The notes below the pieces were generated by a model. The model searched no databases, was not told the origin of the DNA, and saw only the letters and a program-made list of their open reading frames with translations. A stretch of DNA of 64,000 bases from Diplonema japonicum (taxonomy: Eukaryota > Protista > Euglenozoa: Diplonemea). A program made the translations under genes and the position numbers. Shown here piece by piece: positions 62,825 to 64,000 of the stretch (within the stretch, counting starts at the first letter, position 1; every line of letters begins with the position of its first letter). The stretch covers positions 186,001 through 250,000 of the forward strand of contig OZ025717.1 of assembly GCA_964019335.1 (NCBI GenBank), in the 5' to 3' direction.

Positions 62825-63381
62825 GTTTCTTTGTGCAAAAAAAGAGGGTTTTCTTTTTGTGTTTCCTTATGTTTTGTTTTGGCAGGGGGGGGGGGGGGGG
62901 GGTTTGCAAGCGGAAAAAAAGAAAAACAATAAAACAAAACGAGGAGAGGAATCAAAAAAAAAAATAGTTTTTTTTAAGCACGTGTCGTAATCCTTCTGGA
63001 GTCCAGTGAATTAAAAAATAAATATAAATATAAAAGGTATAAGTATAAGAGGTTACGTCAAGGTGACGAAGATACGATCACCACAATCGGCACCAAGCCA
63101 TGGCGACTAGCCAAACGACACATTGGAGCGAGCAGGGTGATGTGGGGTCTTTTGCTTTTGCCGGAAGCCAAATGCGATCTATATAGCTGGTGACAGCCGG
63201 TCTCTCTGTTGAGGTCTTCTTGCTGCCCCATAATGGTAATGGGTTAGAGTCGTAGGAGATAGGTGTGGCTGGGAACAAAATACTGTACAAGGAAAGGTTC
63301 CAAAGTAAGATTTGCTCTGTTGAGTTGTACGGGAAAACATCACAATTAAGATTGAGGAATAGTGAGTGAAGAGACGCAGAA

Positions 63382-63420
<39 letters not shown>

Positions 63421-63563
63421 ATAAAAAAAAATTTCTTTTCTGTCATTTCTTTTCCATTTTTATTATTGTTCAGTCACCCGGAATAAAATGAGTTTGCTGC
63501 CTTTTGGATAACATCCACGGGCTACTCAACTTTATTCAAAACATTTGCGGGGAGTTGGTGGGG

Positions 63564-63595
<32 letters not shown>

Positions 63596-64000
63596 AATTC
63601 TTTTAAAACAACAAGTCTTCGTAGTTTTCTTCTTTTTTTTTTCCTCCTTTTTTTTTTTGCTCGGCACACAGTTGTATTTCGTAAGAGAATCATTTTTTTT
63701 TTGTATTGATAAAAAATATTTTTGTAAGGGGGAGGGGAAAAGAGTTCTGTATGCTAACCAAAGAGCAATTTTCTTTTTTTTTTTTTTTTTTTCCCTGTGC
63801 GTTTACAAAATACTGTAAAAAAAGGGAAAAAAAAAAATCACCGGAAGGAAAAATGCCCGGAAGCGGATGATTTTCCTTTCCGGACATTTTTTCCTTTGGT
63901 CTTCAGTGGCCCTGTAAACTTTTCATTGTTGTATTGGCAAGAAAACCAAGACGCACGAGGATCCAAGGTGGTACCCCCAGCCCATGGCACACCCGACCTA

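Noticed and set aside
63078-63380. Coding-like stretch containing YIDRIW, reminiscent of endonuclease motifs
   Set aside because: Only one short motif with no supporting context.
1036-63887. Many Lys- or Phe-rich short ORFs in the spacers
   Set aside because: Translations of A/T homopolymer runs.

Overview
Eukaryotic, probably protist (euglenozoan/diplonemid-like, inferred) genomic DNA. All genes lie on the minus strand, the ten receptor genes and the chitinase have no visible introns, and the spacers are rich in A/T and G/C homopolymer runs. Bases 1-55.3 kb hold a head-to-tail array of ten paralogous receptor-like genes: nine complete, plus one running off the left edge that the ORF track misses. 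Each complete gene encodes a signal peptide, a LamG/ConA-like domain, a C-type-lectin-like domain, a Pro/Thr mucin stalk, a conserved 7-TM domain (reminiscent of Bodo saltans bodonin / T. cruzi DGF-1 C-termini) and a cytoplasmic tail. The lectin heads are highly divergent, while stalks and TM domains are homogenised in patches that are near-identical over up to ~2.6 kb. This gives mosaic genes, like a variable-head/constant-body receptor repertoire reshuffled by gene conversion or unequal crossover. Right of the array are a 12-repeat ankyrin ORF with a decayed upstream part, a local duplication and a secreted GH18 chitinase-like gene. The spacers contain two diverged relics of one unnamed (probably retroelement) protein, several co-oriented short repeats next to A/T tracts, a TIR-bounded element and a ~120-bp palindrome. 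All alignments were done by eye and no database searches were run.
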